From the sequence record OR620964.1: DNA of 64,000 nucleotides. One strand, 5' to 3'. This document shows, piece by piece, positions 19,958-29,543 of this stretch; within the stretch, counting starts at the first letter, position 1, and every line of letters starts with the position of its first letter. Below the pieces are notes generated by a model. The model worked only from the letters and a program-made list of their open reading frames with translations, searched no databases and was not told the DNA's origin. A program made the translations under genes and the position numbers.

Positions 19958-21061
19958 TTACCCGCGCTGCGCTTTGGCAACTGAACGAACGTTAGCCAGG
20001 GTGAAGCTGAAGGTGCTAGACAGCAACCAACCGCGGTCAGTGTTACCAGCGTTTGCGCCAGAAGTTGGAGTAGACTGGGTGCCGCCACGAGTAGTATACA
20101 TTGCGTGGTAGTCCTGATCTGCAACAACGTACAGTTCGCCATTTTGCAACACACGATGCTCTGGTGCGCGGAAGCCATCAGTAATCAGCTCCATGCCCAA
20201 CAGCGTACCCAACTTACCAGTGATCAGCAAGTCATACTTAGACACAGGGTCTAATGCAGAAGTGAACTGGTCATTACCAACGATGTCGTTCCAGTAGTCA
20301 GCAGCCAGAACAGCAGTTGTTACTGGCAGTGGCCATGCTGATACGTGAGTTTTCAGAGAAGACAACAGGCGTGGAGTCAAGTCACCGTAGATATAGGTAA
20401 CAGGGTTAGCCAAGCCAGCAGTCGCATCACACGCTTTCTTCCACAGACGGTCTTCTGCAACCATGATAGAAGTCAGGCCATCTTGTTGCGCACGGTCAAG
20501 CAGGTCGCCGTTGATTTGATCCAGATCCATTTTGCTTACGCGGATATTGGATTTCAATTCAAACTCATCTGGAGTAAACACACGGCCGCGCAGCAAGCGA
20601 TAACCCAAATCAGTTGGGCCAGTCGCAATCATTGCTTCTGCTTGGTGGGTTTTCAATTCGATACGAGCGATTTCGCCTGAACGAATGGTTGAGCCTTTAC
20701 AAACACGACGCAGCAAGCCTTGACGCTCTGCACGGTCTTCGATAGAACCAACAATTGAAGCACCCAGAGAAGCCCACTTAGCGTTAGTGGAATCTGCCAG
20801 AGCTTCTTGAATCAGTTGCTCGTTAGCAGCACGGCGTTGTTCTGGAGTCAGGCCAACTTGTGATTCAGACACTTGAACCAGATTACCTTGAGAAGCTTGG
20901 CCCATCAATTTACTGATTTGTTGCAGCAGGTCTTTGCTATCATAGGCGTTGATCTCGCCGGTAGACTTAGACAACATGGTCTGGCCATTAAGACGCAGAT
21001 CTTCAATCGGTGCGCCGTCACGCAGAACAACTTTAGCGCCACGCATAGTAGTATTTTGCAT
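19958..21061 (-). CDS. Major capsid protein (HK97 fold)
   Basis: 367 aa in the head module. Features include LLRRVCKG, EFELKSNIRV, EDRLW, KLGTLLGMELITD and the terminal FSFTLANVRSVAK. Confidence 0.82.
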   Translation of the reverse strand: MQNTTMRGAKVVLRDGAPIEDLRLNGQTMLSKSTGEINAYDSKDLLQQISKLMGQASQGNLVQVSESQVGLTPEQRRAANEQLIQEALADSTNAKWASLGASIVGSIEDRAERQGLLRRVCKGSTIRSGEIARIELKTHQAEAMIATGPTDLGYRLLRGRVFTPDEFELKSNIRVSKMDLDQINGDLLDRAQQDGLTSIMVAEDRLWKKACDATAGLANPVTYIYGDLTPRLLSSLKTHVSAWPLPVTTAVLAADYWNDIVGNDQFTSALDPVSKYDLLITGKLGTLLGMELITDGFRAPEHRVLQNGELYVVADQDYHAMYTTRGGTQSTPTSGANAGNTDRGWLLSSTFSFTLANVRSVAKAQRG

Positions 21062-21120
21062 TTGAAACTCCTGATATTCTTTAATTGGTTGTCGTATCGT
21101 TTTTAACTACAATGCGTAGC

Positions 21121-21831
21121 TTAGTTACCGTTAGTAGAAGCCATTTCCACAGTCAGGTAACCGCGTTCGGACGAAGGTGCATGTTTGATGATAAGGCCAG
21201 TCAGCTTAGTACCGCTACCGCCGATAGTCAGTTTACCACCAGCAGCCAGACTTGGGTTCAGTACAGTATCGTCTGACCAGTCAGCAGCAGCATCAATCAG
21301 GTTAGTAGAGATAGTACCCAGTTTGATGTAACCAACAGAACCTTGGATGTTAGCAGCCAAGCCGCCAATCGGTGCATCGCCAGTGATAGAACGGCTTTCA
21401 GTCAGAGTAAGCTCGTAAGCATACTGAATGAATACTTTCTTACCCAGGTCGTCTGCATGGAGACGCAATTCAGCACCCTGAACAGCAACTTTACCAGCAG
21501 CAGTAGGAGCAGTACCAGACGCTTCTTGTGCAGCTTTAACGCCAGCAACTTTAACCAGCAGTTGACCAGGAGTTGGAACGCGGTTCAGAACATACAGGCC
21601 AGTAGAATCAACGATAGTCTCTTCAACAGCAGTCTGGAACGCAGGTGGCATAGAACGCATCAGCGCGAAGCCAGCAAAGTTTTCGTTAGCAGCGCCAGTA
21701 GAGATACGCAGGTAAGTACGGCCATTCTCACGATGCCATACAAGAGCAGTACCTTCTTCATGAACAACTTCACCCGGCAGCAGGTCAGCGTACTGGGTCA
21801 TTACGATATCGGTCGCATTAGTAAACAACAT
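21121..21831 (-). CDS. Putative head decoration / capsid-stabilising protein (236 aa)
   Basis: Between scaffold and capsid genes, with strong SD and small-residue-rich composition. Confidence 0.55.
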   Translation of the reverse strand: MLFTNATDIVMTQYADLLPGEVVHEEGTALVWHRENGRTYLRISTGAANENFAGFALMRSMPPAFQTAVEETIVDSTGLYVLNRVPTPGQLLVKVAGVKAAQEASGTAPTAAGKVAVQGAELRLHADDLGKKVFIQYAYELTLTESRSITGDAPIGGLAANIQGSVGYIKLGTISTNLIDAAADWSDDTVLNPSLAAGGKLTIGGSGTKLTGLIIKHAPSSERGYLTVEMASTNGN

Positions 21832-21871
21832 GGTGTCTTCTCCAAATATTTTGTGGTTTCACAGATGTAAA

Positions 21872-23953
21872 TTAGTAACCGCGAAGCAATGCATTGGCAC
21901 GAGCTTCGAAATCGCTATTCTGTGATGAGCTTTGTGATGTTACAGAGACAGGAGCCTGTTGGACATTCAAGTGCTGCAATGCAGGATTGATAGTCGTAGA
22001 TTGTTCCTGTTCCATGTTGGTTTCAGCAACTTCTTCTGCTTTGACCAAGCCGGCGGCATTCGAGATTGATTCTGCAATTTCATTCTGCGCTACTTCTGAC
22101 ATATTCATCAGAACAGCAGCCTGAGATACAGACGCTTTCAGGAATTCTGGGCTATTAGTAATGAACGCACGTTCAACCAGAGCACGAGGTTCTTTAATAC
22201 CAGCACTGCGCAATTGAGAGCACAGGCTTTCAACTACAGGGTTAGTCTTACCAGTCCAGAAGTTCTTGGTAAGGCCGAGCATTGCAGAGCTTAACGCTGC
22301 AACAAAACGCTCTTTATACTGTTCGTTAGACTGGGTGATAGTCTGGTTAACAGTAGCAGTGGCTGCTTCGACGCGAGTATCGGCTTCAACTTGCATCAAT
22401 TTTTCAACTGGCATTTCAATCTTATGCGCATCGAAACCAAAGTTAGAGCAGGTTTCAATCACACCGCTGGTACGCAGGCTTGCGCTTACAGCACGAACGA
22501 AATGTTCAGTTTCAAAGTTCTGACGAGCGTTAGCTTCGCCGATAGCATTGGACACAGAGTGGAATGTCGCAACAGCCAGCGGAGCACCGTCATAGAACAT
22601 GTGAACAGAATTTACCAGACCGTGAGAGGTACGAGACAGAGAAACGAGTGACGGATCAAGCGCTTCATGCTGTACTTTGGCAGAAGAGATAGAGTCAAAG
22701 ATGCGGCTAACAACCTTGTTGTTTGACATAGCTTCCAGTGTATCGGCATCAATGTCTTCGTCGTTAGCTTCGTCTTCTAATTCATCTTCTTCAATGAACA
22801 GGTCGTCTTCATCATCTTCGTCTTCATCGGAGCTTGATTCAGAATCGATGTCTTCATCTTCTTCTTCATCATCGTAGTCGAAGTCATCTTCTTCCAGATC
22901 TTCGTCATCTTCCATGTCTTCGTCTTCTTCATCATCGCCGGACAATGAGAGCAAACGTTTTACAGGAGTGCTGCCTGATTCAGAATCGAAGTCTTCTTCG
23001 TCTTCTTCGTCTTCGTCAAAGTCGTCCTCTTCTTCATCAAGGTCTTCTTCGTCGGAGTCATCGAAGTCGTCTTCTTCTAATTCTTCTTCATCGTCTTCGT
23101 CTGAGCTTGATTCAGAATCGAAATCTTCTTCGTCTTCGTCTTCTGCATCTTCGTCGATGTCAAGGTCAGTGCCTTCTTCATCGTCTTCATCGGAGCTTGA
23201 TTCAGAATCGATCAGTGGCGCCGAGCAATGAGCGCAGAATACAGGCTCTTCATCGGAACTCACAGTGACTGGGTGCGAACAGCCAGCAGAGCAACTATAC
23301 ATATGTGCTTCTACTTGCTCGTCTGCAACAACGGCAGATACAGAAGAAATATCTGTTACAGCAGAGGCGCTAACAACAGCAGCACCAGTGTATGGGTCAA
23401 ACTTAACTTCATCACCAAAGCTATTGAAAGAACCAGTAGCAGAGGAAACAGAGTTAATGCCTTCGCCAGACATTGCAGCTACAAACGATGCTTGTGCTTC
23501 TTCGGCAGTAGCGCCTACAACAACCAGACCGGTACGAGATACTGAATGTTGCTCAGACAGCTCGGTGCTCAGGTAATCGCGAACGCGTTCGTCAGTGATT
23601 TCTTCCAGATTACTTGAGCATGACGGGCAGTGGCTCAGGCTTTCTGTAGAATCGCTAACGATGTGTTTGCCACAGCCATCCAAACAAATGGTATACTGTG
23701 CGCGAACATCTTCACTGGATGATTCAGATGCGAATTCGATTTGTTGAACCAGCTCAGGGTTTTCAGACAGCAGCTCACCGCTACCATCAGGGTTGTACAG
23801 GTCAGTGCCTGACGTAGAAGCAAAGGCAACACCGCTTTTAGACATATAGAACATTACGTTCTCGCCTGTAGCCGCATTACGAAAGTTCTCAACCGCTTGA
23901 GCATGATTGTCACCGACGCAAAAAATCCCAGCAAGACTGGAAACTTTCTTCAT
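21872..23953 (-). CDS. Prohead core/scaffolding protein with two Cys-cluster repeats and a very acidic linker
   Basis: Duplicated N-terminal unit with CxxxC...CxxC, a ~155-aa D/E tract punctuated by DSES(S/G)S, and its position between protease and capsid genes. Confidence 0.7.
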   Translation of the reverse strand: MKKVSSLAGIFCVGDNHAQAVENFRNAATGENVMFYMSKSGVAFASTSGTDLYNPDGSGELLSENPELVQQIEFASESSSEDVRAQYTICLDGCGKHIVSDSTESLSHCPSCSSNLEEITDERVRDYLSTELSEQHSVSRTGLVVVGATAEEAQASFVAAMSGEGINSVSSATGSFNSFGDEVKFDPYTGAAVVSASAVTDISSVSAVVADEQVEAHMYSCSAGCSHPVTVSSDEEPVFCAHCSAPLIDSESSSDEDDEEGTDLDIDEDAEDEDEEDFDSESSSDEDDEEELEEDDFDDSDEEDLDEEEDDFDEDEEDEEDFDSESGSTPVKRLLSLSGDDEEDEDMEDDEDLEEDDFDYDDEEEDEDIDSESSSDEDEDDEDDLFIEEDELEDEANDEDIDADTLEAMSNNKVVSRIFDSISSAKVQHEALDPSLVSLSRTSHGLVNSVHMFYDGAPLAVATFHSVSNAIGEANARQNFETEHFVRAVSASLRTSGVIETCSNFGFDAHKIEMPVEKLMQVEADTRVEAATATVNQTITQSNEQYKERFVAALSSAMLGLTKNFWTGKTNPVVESLCSQLRSAGIKEPRALVERAFITNSPEFLKASVSQAAVLMNMSEVAQNEIAESISNAAGLVKAEEVAETNMEQEQSTTINPALQHLNVQQAPVSVTSQSSSQNSDFEARANALLRGY
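22741..23210 (-). repeat. Acidic low-complexity tract with four [IF]DSES[SG]S units
   Basis: The DNA unit tgattcagaatcga recurs near 22835, 22977, 23108 and 23198 among gaa/gac/gat codon runs. Confidence 0.85.
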
Positions 23954-24038
23954 GGTAAAACCCTCATGGATTAAGTCGTTGTTTTCGACTCTGAAAAATT
24001 AATAAATTCAGAAATTTTAAGATAAAATCCAATAAATA

Positions 24039-25124
24039 TTAAATCTTTCTCTTTTCAATATCCGACTGTGTTACATACTTGTTTTCGAAGTATTTAGCTA
24101 CTATTTCTATCCCATTTAACGTATATACCTTACGCAAGGAATTACCCCATACCATAAGCTCTGCAAGCGTTGCAAAGTGCTCAGATGGTACGGTTGATAT
24201 CCGCCCAGGAATCTTAGAATCAGGGTGAAGTGCCCGTCCTCTAATGTCTTGATTAAAGCGTAATCTATCAAGATTTCTCAGCATCGTATGGTCTACGAAA
24301 TGAGCCACTTCATGGGTTATTGCTTGTCCTACGGCTCTTGAGTTATATCCACCAAACTCCTGAATCATCTGTTCTGGTGAGATAGAAATAGCACCATATC
24401 TAATGCCGTTAATGGTGTACGTAGCTAGATGTGTTCCCTCAGATGGATCTTTAGTAAGTCCAAAGAAGAGACGTTTAAATGGAAGCTGTACATTTAGGCC
24501 AATGGCAGGCATTATGTTTTCCATCACATCAGTAAGCATATAATCAGGAGCGTCGTACCCGCGTAGGTTCTTAAACTTAGGTACGCTTAATAGCTCAGAG
24601 ATTGGCTTTATCTCAAGGCGAACTGTACCACACGTAGGCAGAGGTTGTGGCTCATAGTTATTTGCAGAGCCACCAGCATATAACGGACGTGTATACTCTA
24701 TCGAAGCTAGAGAACCAAATATATTATTCTCTCGCATCTGGTATTCTGCCGCGTCCTCCATCTGACGTCGTTCTTTCTTTGCCTTGACTGACTCTACTGG
24801 TGTAGGTTCAGGCGCATGAGGATTGGCAGGGTTAGGATTCTCTGGTGCCGGAGTACCTTGAGCGCTATCTCCGACAGGACTCATTGAGATATTACGGAAT
24901 AGCGCACTAGGATCAGCAGTAAAACTACGACTTGATTCTCTGATTGCATCGTACATGCCGATATCAATTGTACCGGCAGCAGGATAATCAGGTGATACAA
25001 TATAGGCCATGCCTTCATTCGCTTTGTATAGACCTACTACATCACGAGGCTTGACTGTAAAACCGTTAGATGAGAGTTGTGTTGCTCCCAAATAACGGTA
25101 AAATCTATAGTCAGTTAATTCCAC
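24039..25124 (-). CDS. Zincin-like metallopeptidase-motif protein with shared N-terminal domain
   Basis: ITHEVAHFVDH (HExxH) plus downstream SEHFATLAE. N-terminal FYRYLG...VKPRDVVGL domain. Confidence 0.6.
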   Translation of the reverse strand: MELTDYRFYRYLGATQLSSNGFTVKPRDVVGLYKANEGMAYIVSPDYPAAGTIDIGMYDAIRESSRSFTADPSALFRNISMSPVGDSAQGTPAPENPNPANPHAPEPTPVESVKAKKERRQMEDAAEYQMRENNIFGSLASIEYTRPLYAGGSANNYEPQPLPTCGTVRLEIKPISELLSVPKFKNLRGYDAPDYMLTDVMENIMPAIGLNVQLPFKRLFFGLTKDPSEGTHLATYTINGIRYGAISISPEQMIQEFGGYNSRAVGQAITHEVAHFVDHTMLRNLDRLRFNQDIRGRALHPDSKIPGRISTVPSEHFATLAELMVWGNSLRKVYTLNGIEIVAKYFENKYVTQSDIEKRKI

Positions 25125-25898
25125 TTAGCGAACCTGCATCAAGTGCTCTGCGTAAGATGCAGCACATGCAAAAGCTGGGTCATCTACAGAACTACATTCG
25201 AAGCCAGTAAGCCCGATACAGTCACGGTATACAAGACGCCCAGAACGAGCATCCATATACGTAGGCTTATTGAATACCGTATGCTCACAGAAGTTACGAG
25301 CGCGTGGTGTCACAAGACGCTTACAGATAGAGCAGTAGTATGCCTTGTACGTTGTGCCCTTACTGTATGTATTCAACTCACCATTAAGAATCCGGGCGCA
25401 TCGCTCTGGGTTCCGTGTACGGTCAAAGCCAAGTAATAAAAATAACTTAACATGGTCGCCGTGGAATCCAGTAAGAGGACTCAGATGGTTATCAAAGATA
25501 ATACCAGCAGCCTTGGTGATATCCTTATTGGCATGCTCGATATGAGTTGGTTTTCCCTTGTACGTCTGGAAAGCTAACTTGCCCTGATCTGGATTGAACG
25601 TAAGCCACTCTTGCTTAGAGAAAGCATCACCATTAGTATTAGGCAGTTCACTGATATTGACAGGTACGGGCACTACAACATAGTCACGGATATCTTTAGA
25701 CGTACCATATATCTCAGCAGCCTTAGGAAGCCAGACGTTGATATCAAGGTCAAACGAATTGGCAGCACCTACTCGATCTCCCGATACACGAATAGTCTTA
25801 GCTGTTTTCGATACGTTCTCGGCATGCATATCAATAGGGCACATACCAACTAAACTTCTGTCCGATACATCAAACGATTCGGATAGTTGAGGTTTCAT
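25125..25898 (-). CDS. Prohead maturation protease (257 aa)
   Basis: Start reassigned to ATG 25898 (AGGAGG SD). NTNGDAF, GKPTHIEH, YSKG, CSIC and FECSSVDDPAF fit a caudoviral prohead protease with a Zn-ribbon insert. Confidence 0.72.
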   Translation of the reverse strand: MKPQLSESFDVSDRSLVGMCPIDMHAENVSKTAKTIRVSGDRVGAANSFDLDINVWLPKAAEIYGTSKDIRDYVVVPVPVNISELPNTNGDAFSKQEWLTFNPDQGKLAFQTYKGKPTHIEHANKDITKAAGIIFDNHLSPLTGFHGDHVKLFLLLGFDRTRNPERCARILNGELNTYSKGTTYKAYYCSICKRLVTPRARNFCEHTVFNKPTYMDARSGRLVYRDCIGLTGFECSSVDDPAFACAASYAEHLMQVR

Positions 25899-26122
25899 GA
25901 TCCCTCCTGTGGGAACACTAAGCAAGCAGGGACTCGATATAGCCAAGGGAATCGTGGCGTATCCAAGCGATAGTATTCACGGCCAGATTCGTGAACAAAG
26001 AACTCTGCAATAATCCCCTGCGTATCAATCACACCGTCAATTATCACATTGACGTATGTACCAACTGCAAGAAACCTTGGCTGACCATCAGTAGTCGCAA
26101 GGTTGATCTTATCTTCTGTCAT
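25895..26122 (-). CDS. Hypothetical protein (75 aa)
   Basis: TAATG coupling at 26122 and ATGA coupling at 25895-25898. Confidence 0.55.
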   Translation of the reverse strand: MTEDKINLATTDGQPRFLAVGTYVNVIIDGVIDTQGIIAEFFVHESGREYYRLDTPRFPWLYRVPACLVFPQEGS

Positions 26123-26550
26123 TAGCAACCTCCTCCTTGATCGGTCTCTCGCCAATCCAGTAGTTGAATATTCTTTTCAGTCAATAGGAATACACAGCAT
26201 TCATCATACTGTCCCATTGTATCCTCAGACGTCCGTATCCAATAACACAGATGACCATCACGAATAACAGCGCTATCAACAGTACCAGCGAAGTGCTTAC
26301 CTCTGACATTAACGATAACATTAACTCCAGGGTAGAACACATCAAAACTTTTGGTGCTATAGATAGGCTCTACTACATCTTCCGGTGATACAATCAGTTG
26401 GCCGTTTATTGTGCTAATCGCATATAGGAATTTATCTTCCATGATGAGGATACTTGCTACAGTGCCACGTAGCACACAGGTGCTTTCCCCTGATACATAC
26501 TTGAACCGAAGAATATCACCGATATTATAATCAAAACTAAATTGTGCCAT
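26122..26550 (-). CDS. Hypothetical protein (142 aa), two SH3-like beta repeats
   Basis: Internal repeat FDYNIGD..F...G.V.S vs FYPGVNV.V...F.GTVDS. Confidence 0.6.
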   Translation of the reverse strand: MAQFSFDYNIGDILRFKYVSGESTCVLRGTVASILIMEDKFLYAISTINGQLIVSPEDVVEPIYSTKSFDVFYPGVNVIVNVRGKHFAGTVDSAVIRDGHLCYWIRTSEDTMGQYDECCVFLLTEKNIQLLDWRETDQGGGC

Positions 26551-26552
26551 AG

Positions 26553-27590
26553 TTAACCTCTAAGCGCGGAACGGGCCCATGACTTAGCTAGGTCTAAGGA
26601 CAGTCGGGTAGGATTCTGTAGCTTGATCTCACCTTTATGTACAGCGGTAAAGGGTTCATTCTTGTTATCACCGCGACCTGAGCGGAAGGCAGCTTCGTTG
26701 AATCCATCAAACAACGTTGTTACCCATCCACATGCTTTGTCTCCATGCGCACCACATGACTTATCCCAATAGATAACACCACATGGCTTGCCTGACTTGC
26801 ATACGATATGTTTAACTGACTCCGATTCATCTACCACATTCTTTCTTTTATCAACACGGAATGTAATACGATCAGCAGACTCAGATTTAGGTTTAACCAT
26901 CCGTTTAATCGAATCGACATCTATCGTAGACCAGAAAGAGCCAAACAGCTTAGCCATCTTTCTAGGGGTATCAATATCAATAGCATTGATTTTCGCTATT
27001 GTCGATGATGGGTCATCCATAATACGATTGACAAAGTAAGCACCTAATACTATGGGCAGGACGGAGCTTGTCATAGCCGCAGCACTTACTAACCCAACGC
27101 CAGCAAGTGCCATTGCTGACATACCAATAGCAACATGCATGAGTGTCTTGTACGTCTCTTTCTCGGAGCTACCAGATACCTCACTGAAAATACGTGATGC
27201 TATGGTAGGGTTTACTGTACGTTTAGCCACACTCTCAATATCAGCAGCAGTTAAAGGCTTGCCGAGCTTCTTCTTGGCAGCCAGTTCCAGTGCATTATCG
27301 AGCTTTATTTTATCCGCCTTGGATAGACTACGCTCTAATCTATCACGAATGGCTTCTTCTGAGGAATCCATGCTAGGCTTGCGAGGAGTCTTGAGTCTCC
27401 GCTGGACTTTGTTGCTCATTTGAATCCCCTTGGTGCTGTTCTTGTTTGGAGTCTGAGGCTTGCGGTCGGGACGCTTCGCTTTCGCTGTCACCTTCAACTT
27501 CGACCTCGGATGTTTCTGTAGGTATTGCTCCTGATCTGCTTTGGTTAATTCGTTCCACCAGACCGGAGTTTGCGATAGACTGATTAACAT
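26553..27590 (-). CDS. Hypothetical protein with MLISLSQ N-terminus and central hydrophobic segment
   Basis: AAGGGG SD 5 nt upstream of ATG 27590; the GTG at 27596 is an alternative start. The 5' end overlaps the GT2 gene. Confidence 0.65.
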   Translation of the reverse strand: MLISLSQTPVWWNELTKADQEQYLQKHPRSKLKVTAKAKRPDRKPQTPNKNSTKGIQMSNKVQRRLKTPRKPSMDSSEEAIRDRLERSLSKADKIKLDNALELAAKKKLGKPLTAADIESVAKRTVNPTIASRIFSEVSGSSEKETYKTLMHVAIGMSAMALAGVGLVSAAAMTSSVLPIVLGAYFVNRIMDDPSSTIAKINAIDIDTPRKMAKLFGSFWSTIDVDSIKRMVKPKSESADRITFRVDKRKNVVDESESVKHIVCKSGKPCGVIYWDKSCGAHGDKACGWVTTLFDGFNEAAFRSGRGDNKNEPFTAVHKGEIKLQNPTRLSLDLAKSWARSALRG

Positions 27591-28623
27591 CTTCACCCCT
27601 TAAGGTGCTGCGGTTGGCGAGATAGTGTAGCGCCTCTGTTAAGAGATTCAGCTCTATACAGGCCAGATACGCTACGTCATAGCACAGGTCTAAATTAGAT
27701 TGGGCTGTGTCGAATAGTAGGCTTTCTGCGTTAGGAGCAGCGATACCTTGAATGGCCATTGAGAGTGCGCTTACGTTATCACCTAGGCGATAGAAAGCAT
27801 CACTGAATGTGCCGTATGATTCGATTCTATCTGGGCGTTGTGCAATACTCATATAACCAGAGGCTATTACCTGTGGCATATCTTGTACTACGTAGGCAGC
27901 ACGTAATAGTTCTGTATGAGCAAGAGAGATATAATCTTTCCACTCAGCAAAACCGGTAAGCCTGTTTACCTCTCGCACAGCATCATCATACAGGTCAGAT
28001 GTTCCGCCGTGTATGACTCGATAGCAGAGTTCACGCGCATAGTAAAAAGATGATCGTGAATCCCGTGGATCGTCTCGCACATCTAGTGCCAGCTCATACA
28101 AATAGTTACGCTCTTTATCTAAGTCTGGATAATGATTAGTAGCAAAAGGTGCTGTCAGTGTGACGCGATTATGGGAATCTGGATTGCGGGACATTAATAC
28201 TTCATGCGCACGATACTTCCAATCATATAGCTTCTTACGATAGGCTTTCTTTTGATAGTACGTTGAATTACCATTATGCATCGTAATAGATACAGAATCA
28301 GCCTGAGCGATATTAGGCATTGCCCGTAAGGCATCTACCCAATTGTCATCATCAAAGCGTTCATCGATATCCAACCATACTATTAAGGCATTGTCAGGAA
28401 AAGGCGTAGCGGCAAGATTTCTGGATGCGCCCAGATTTCTCTCATCTGCATAATCAAACATTAGATGAAAGTTAGGATGGTCAAACTTCCCTAGTATTTG
28501 GACAGTACCATCTTGACTCCCTGTATCAACAACACAGATTCCATCTGCCTTAGATACGTGATTTAACCATGCTTCCATGTTCTTTTCTTCATTGCGACAA
28601 ATAGCCGCTACGCAAATTTTCAT
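27373..28623 (-). CDS. Family 2 glycosyltransferase with TPR-like C-terminal helices
   Basis: ICRNEEKN, VVDTGSQDGT, GASRNLA, WLDIDE (DxD), AHE and TPR-like FYYARE/RPDRIESY. Confidence 0.88.
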   Translation of the reverse strand: MKICVAAICRNEEKNMEAWLNHVSKADGICVVDTGSQDGTVQILGKFDHPNFHLMFDYADERNLGASRNLAATPFPDNALIVWLDIDERFDDDNWVDALRAMPNIAQADSVSITMHNGNSTYYQKKAYRKKLYDWKYRAHEVLMSRNPDSHNRVTLTAPFATNHYPDLDKERNYLYELALDVRDDPRDSRSSFYYARELCYRVIHGGTSDLYDDAVREVNRLTGFAEWKDYISLAHTELLRAAYVVQDMPQVIASGYMSIAQRPDRIESYGTFSDAFYRLGDNVSALSMAIQGIAAPNAESLLFDTAQSNLDLCYDVAYLACIELNLLTEALHYLANRSTLRGEDVNQSIANSGLVERINQSRSGAIPTETSEVEVEGDSESEASRPQASDSKQEQHQGDSNEQQSPAETQDSSQA

Positions 28624-28635
28624 TATCCAATCCTA

Positions 28636-29541
28636 TTATGAAAGTAAAATATTACCGCTATCCCACCAGCGAGACCCGAATACATCAGACACACGCAGAT
28701 TGACAGTATAGTAGGTACTTAAATCGACTTGATATGATACGTGGTAACCGTATTGGAAACCTACGTATTTTGTTTTTGTATACAGACGTACTTCCAATTC
28801 GATTTCACCCTGCGTTCCTTTAGGTGAGTATGGAATATTTGAATCGCCTGCAAATCCATCACCTAACGCCGTATCGAAATACGTATCGATGTTTGCCTTA
28901 TCCATAAGATTGGCAACAGTAGGCGTTACAGATTGGAAATTGTTATAGGAATTATAACTAGCTTGTGTTTGTGCAACTAGCTGTCTTACCTTACGAATAC
29001 GGGTAACACCTTTATCGTCAACGATTGCTCGATATTGGTTATAGTACCAACGGTATTCAGTATATACAGGAGCCACAAGAGAAGCAGCAAACATCTTGTT
29101 GGCAGTAAATCTATGTAACGTTCTATCGCTACGCATTCGATAGATTTTGAACAAGAATGTATACCAAGGAATAACGTTAACGTACACAGTGCTTTGGTAT
29201 GATTGTTGTGTTCCGTTCGTCAGTACATAGTTAAAACAATCAGGTCCAATGTATCCAGAACGAGGTTCATATATAAACTCATCGCCAGTTCTGGACAGTG
29301 ATATGGTTCCTCGTGACGCATCCGACGTAATAATCGGAAGGCATCGCCACCCACGCTGAGAAGGTACTTTATCCAGCACTCCATCAGTCGGGCTAATGCC
29401 TTCCTCGTCTCGGGCACCTTGAAGTAAGATTGATCTAAGTGAGTATCGCGTTGTCTCACTATTACGTGCATCAAAAGTTATTTCAGGTGCCACAGGAACG
29501 AAGTTACGCCAATAGTCAAATAGACATGGCTTAGCTTGCAT
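28636..29541 (-). CDS. Virion protein with Ig-like (Big_9/cadherin-like) repeat
   Basis: GDEFIYEPRSGYIGPDCFNYVLTNG matches the YxP..G[FY].G.D.F.Y signature. Confidence 0.65.
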   Translation of the reverse strand: MQAKPCLFDYWRNFVPVAPEITFDARNSETTRYSLRSILLQGARDEEGISPTDGVLDKVPSQRGWRCLPIITSDASRGTISLSRTGDEFIYEPRSGYIGPDCFNYVLTNGTQQSYQSTVYVNVIPWYTFLFKIYRMRSDRTLHRFTANKMFAASLVAPVYTEYRWYYNQYRAIVDDKGVTRIRKVRQLVAQTQASYNSYNNFQSVTPTVANLMDKANIDTYFDTALGDGFAGDSNIPYSPKGTQGEIELEVRLYTKTKYVGFQYGYHVSYQVDLSTYYTVNLRVSDVFGSRWWDSGNILLS

Positions 29542-29543
29542 AG

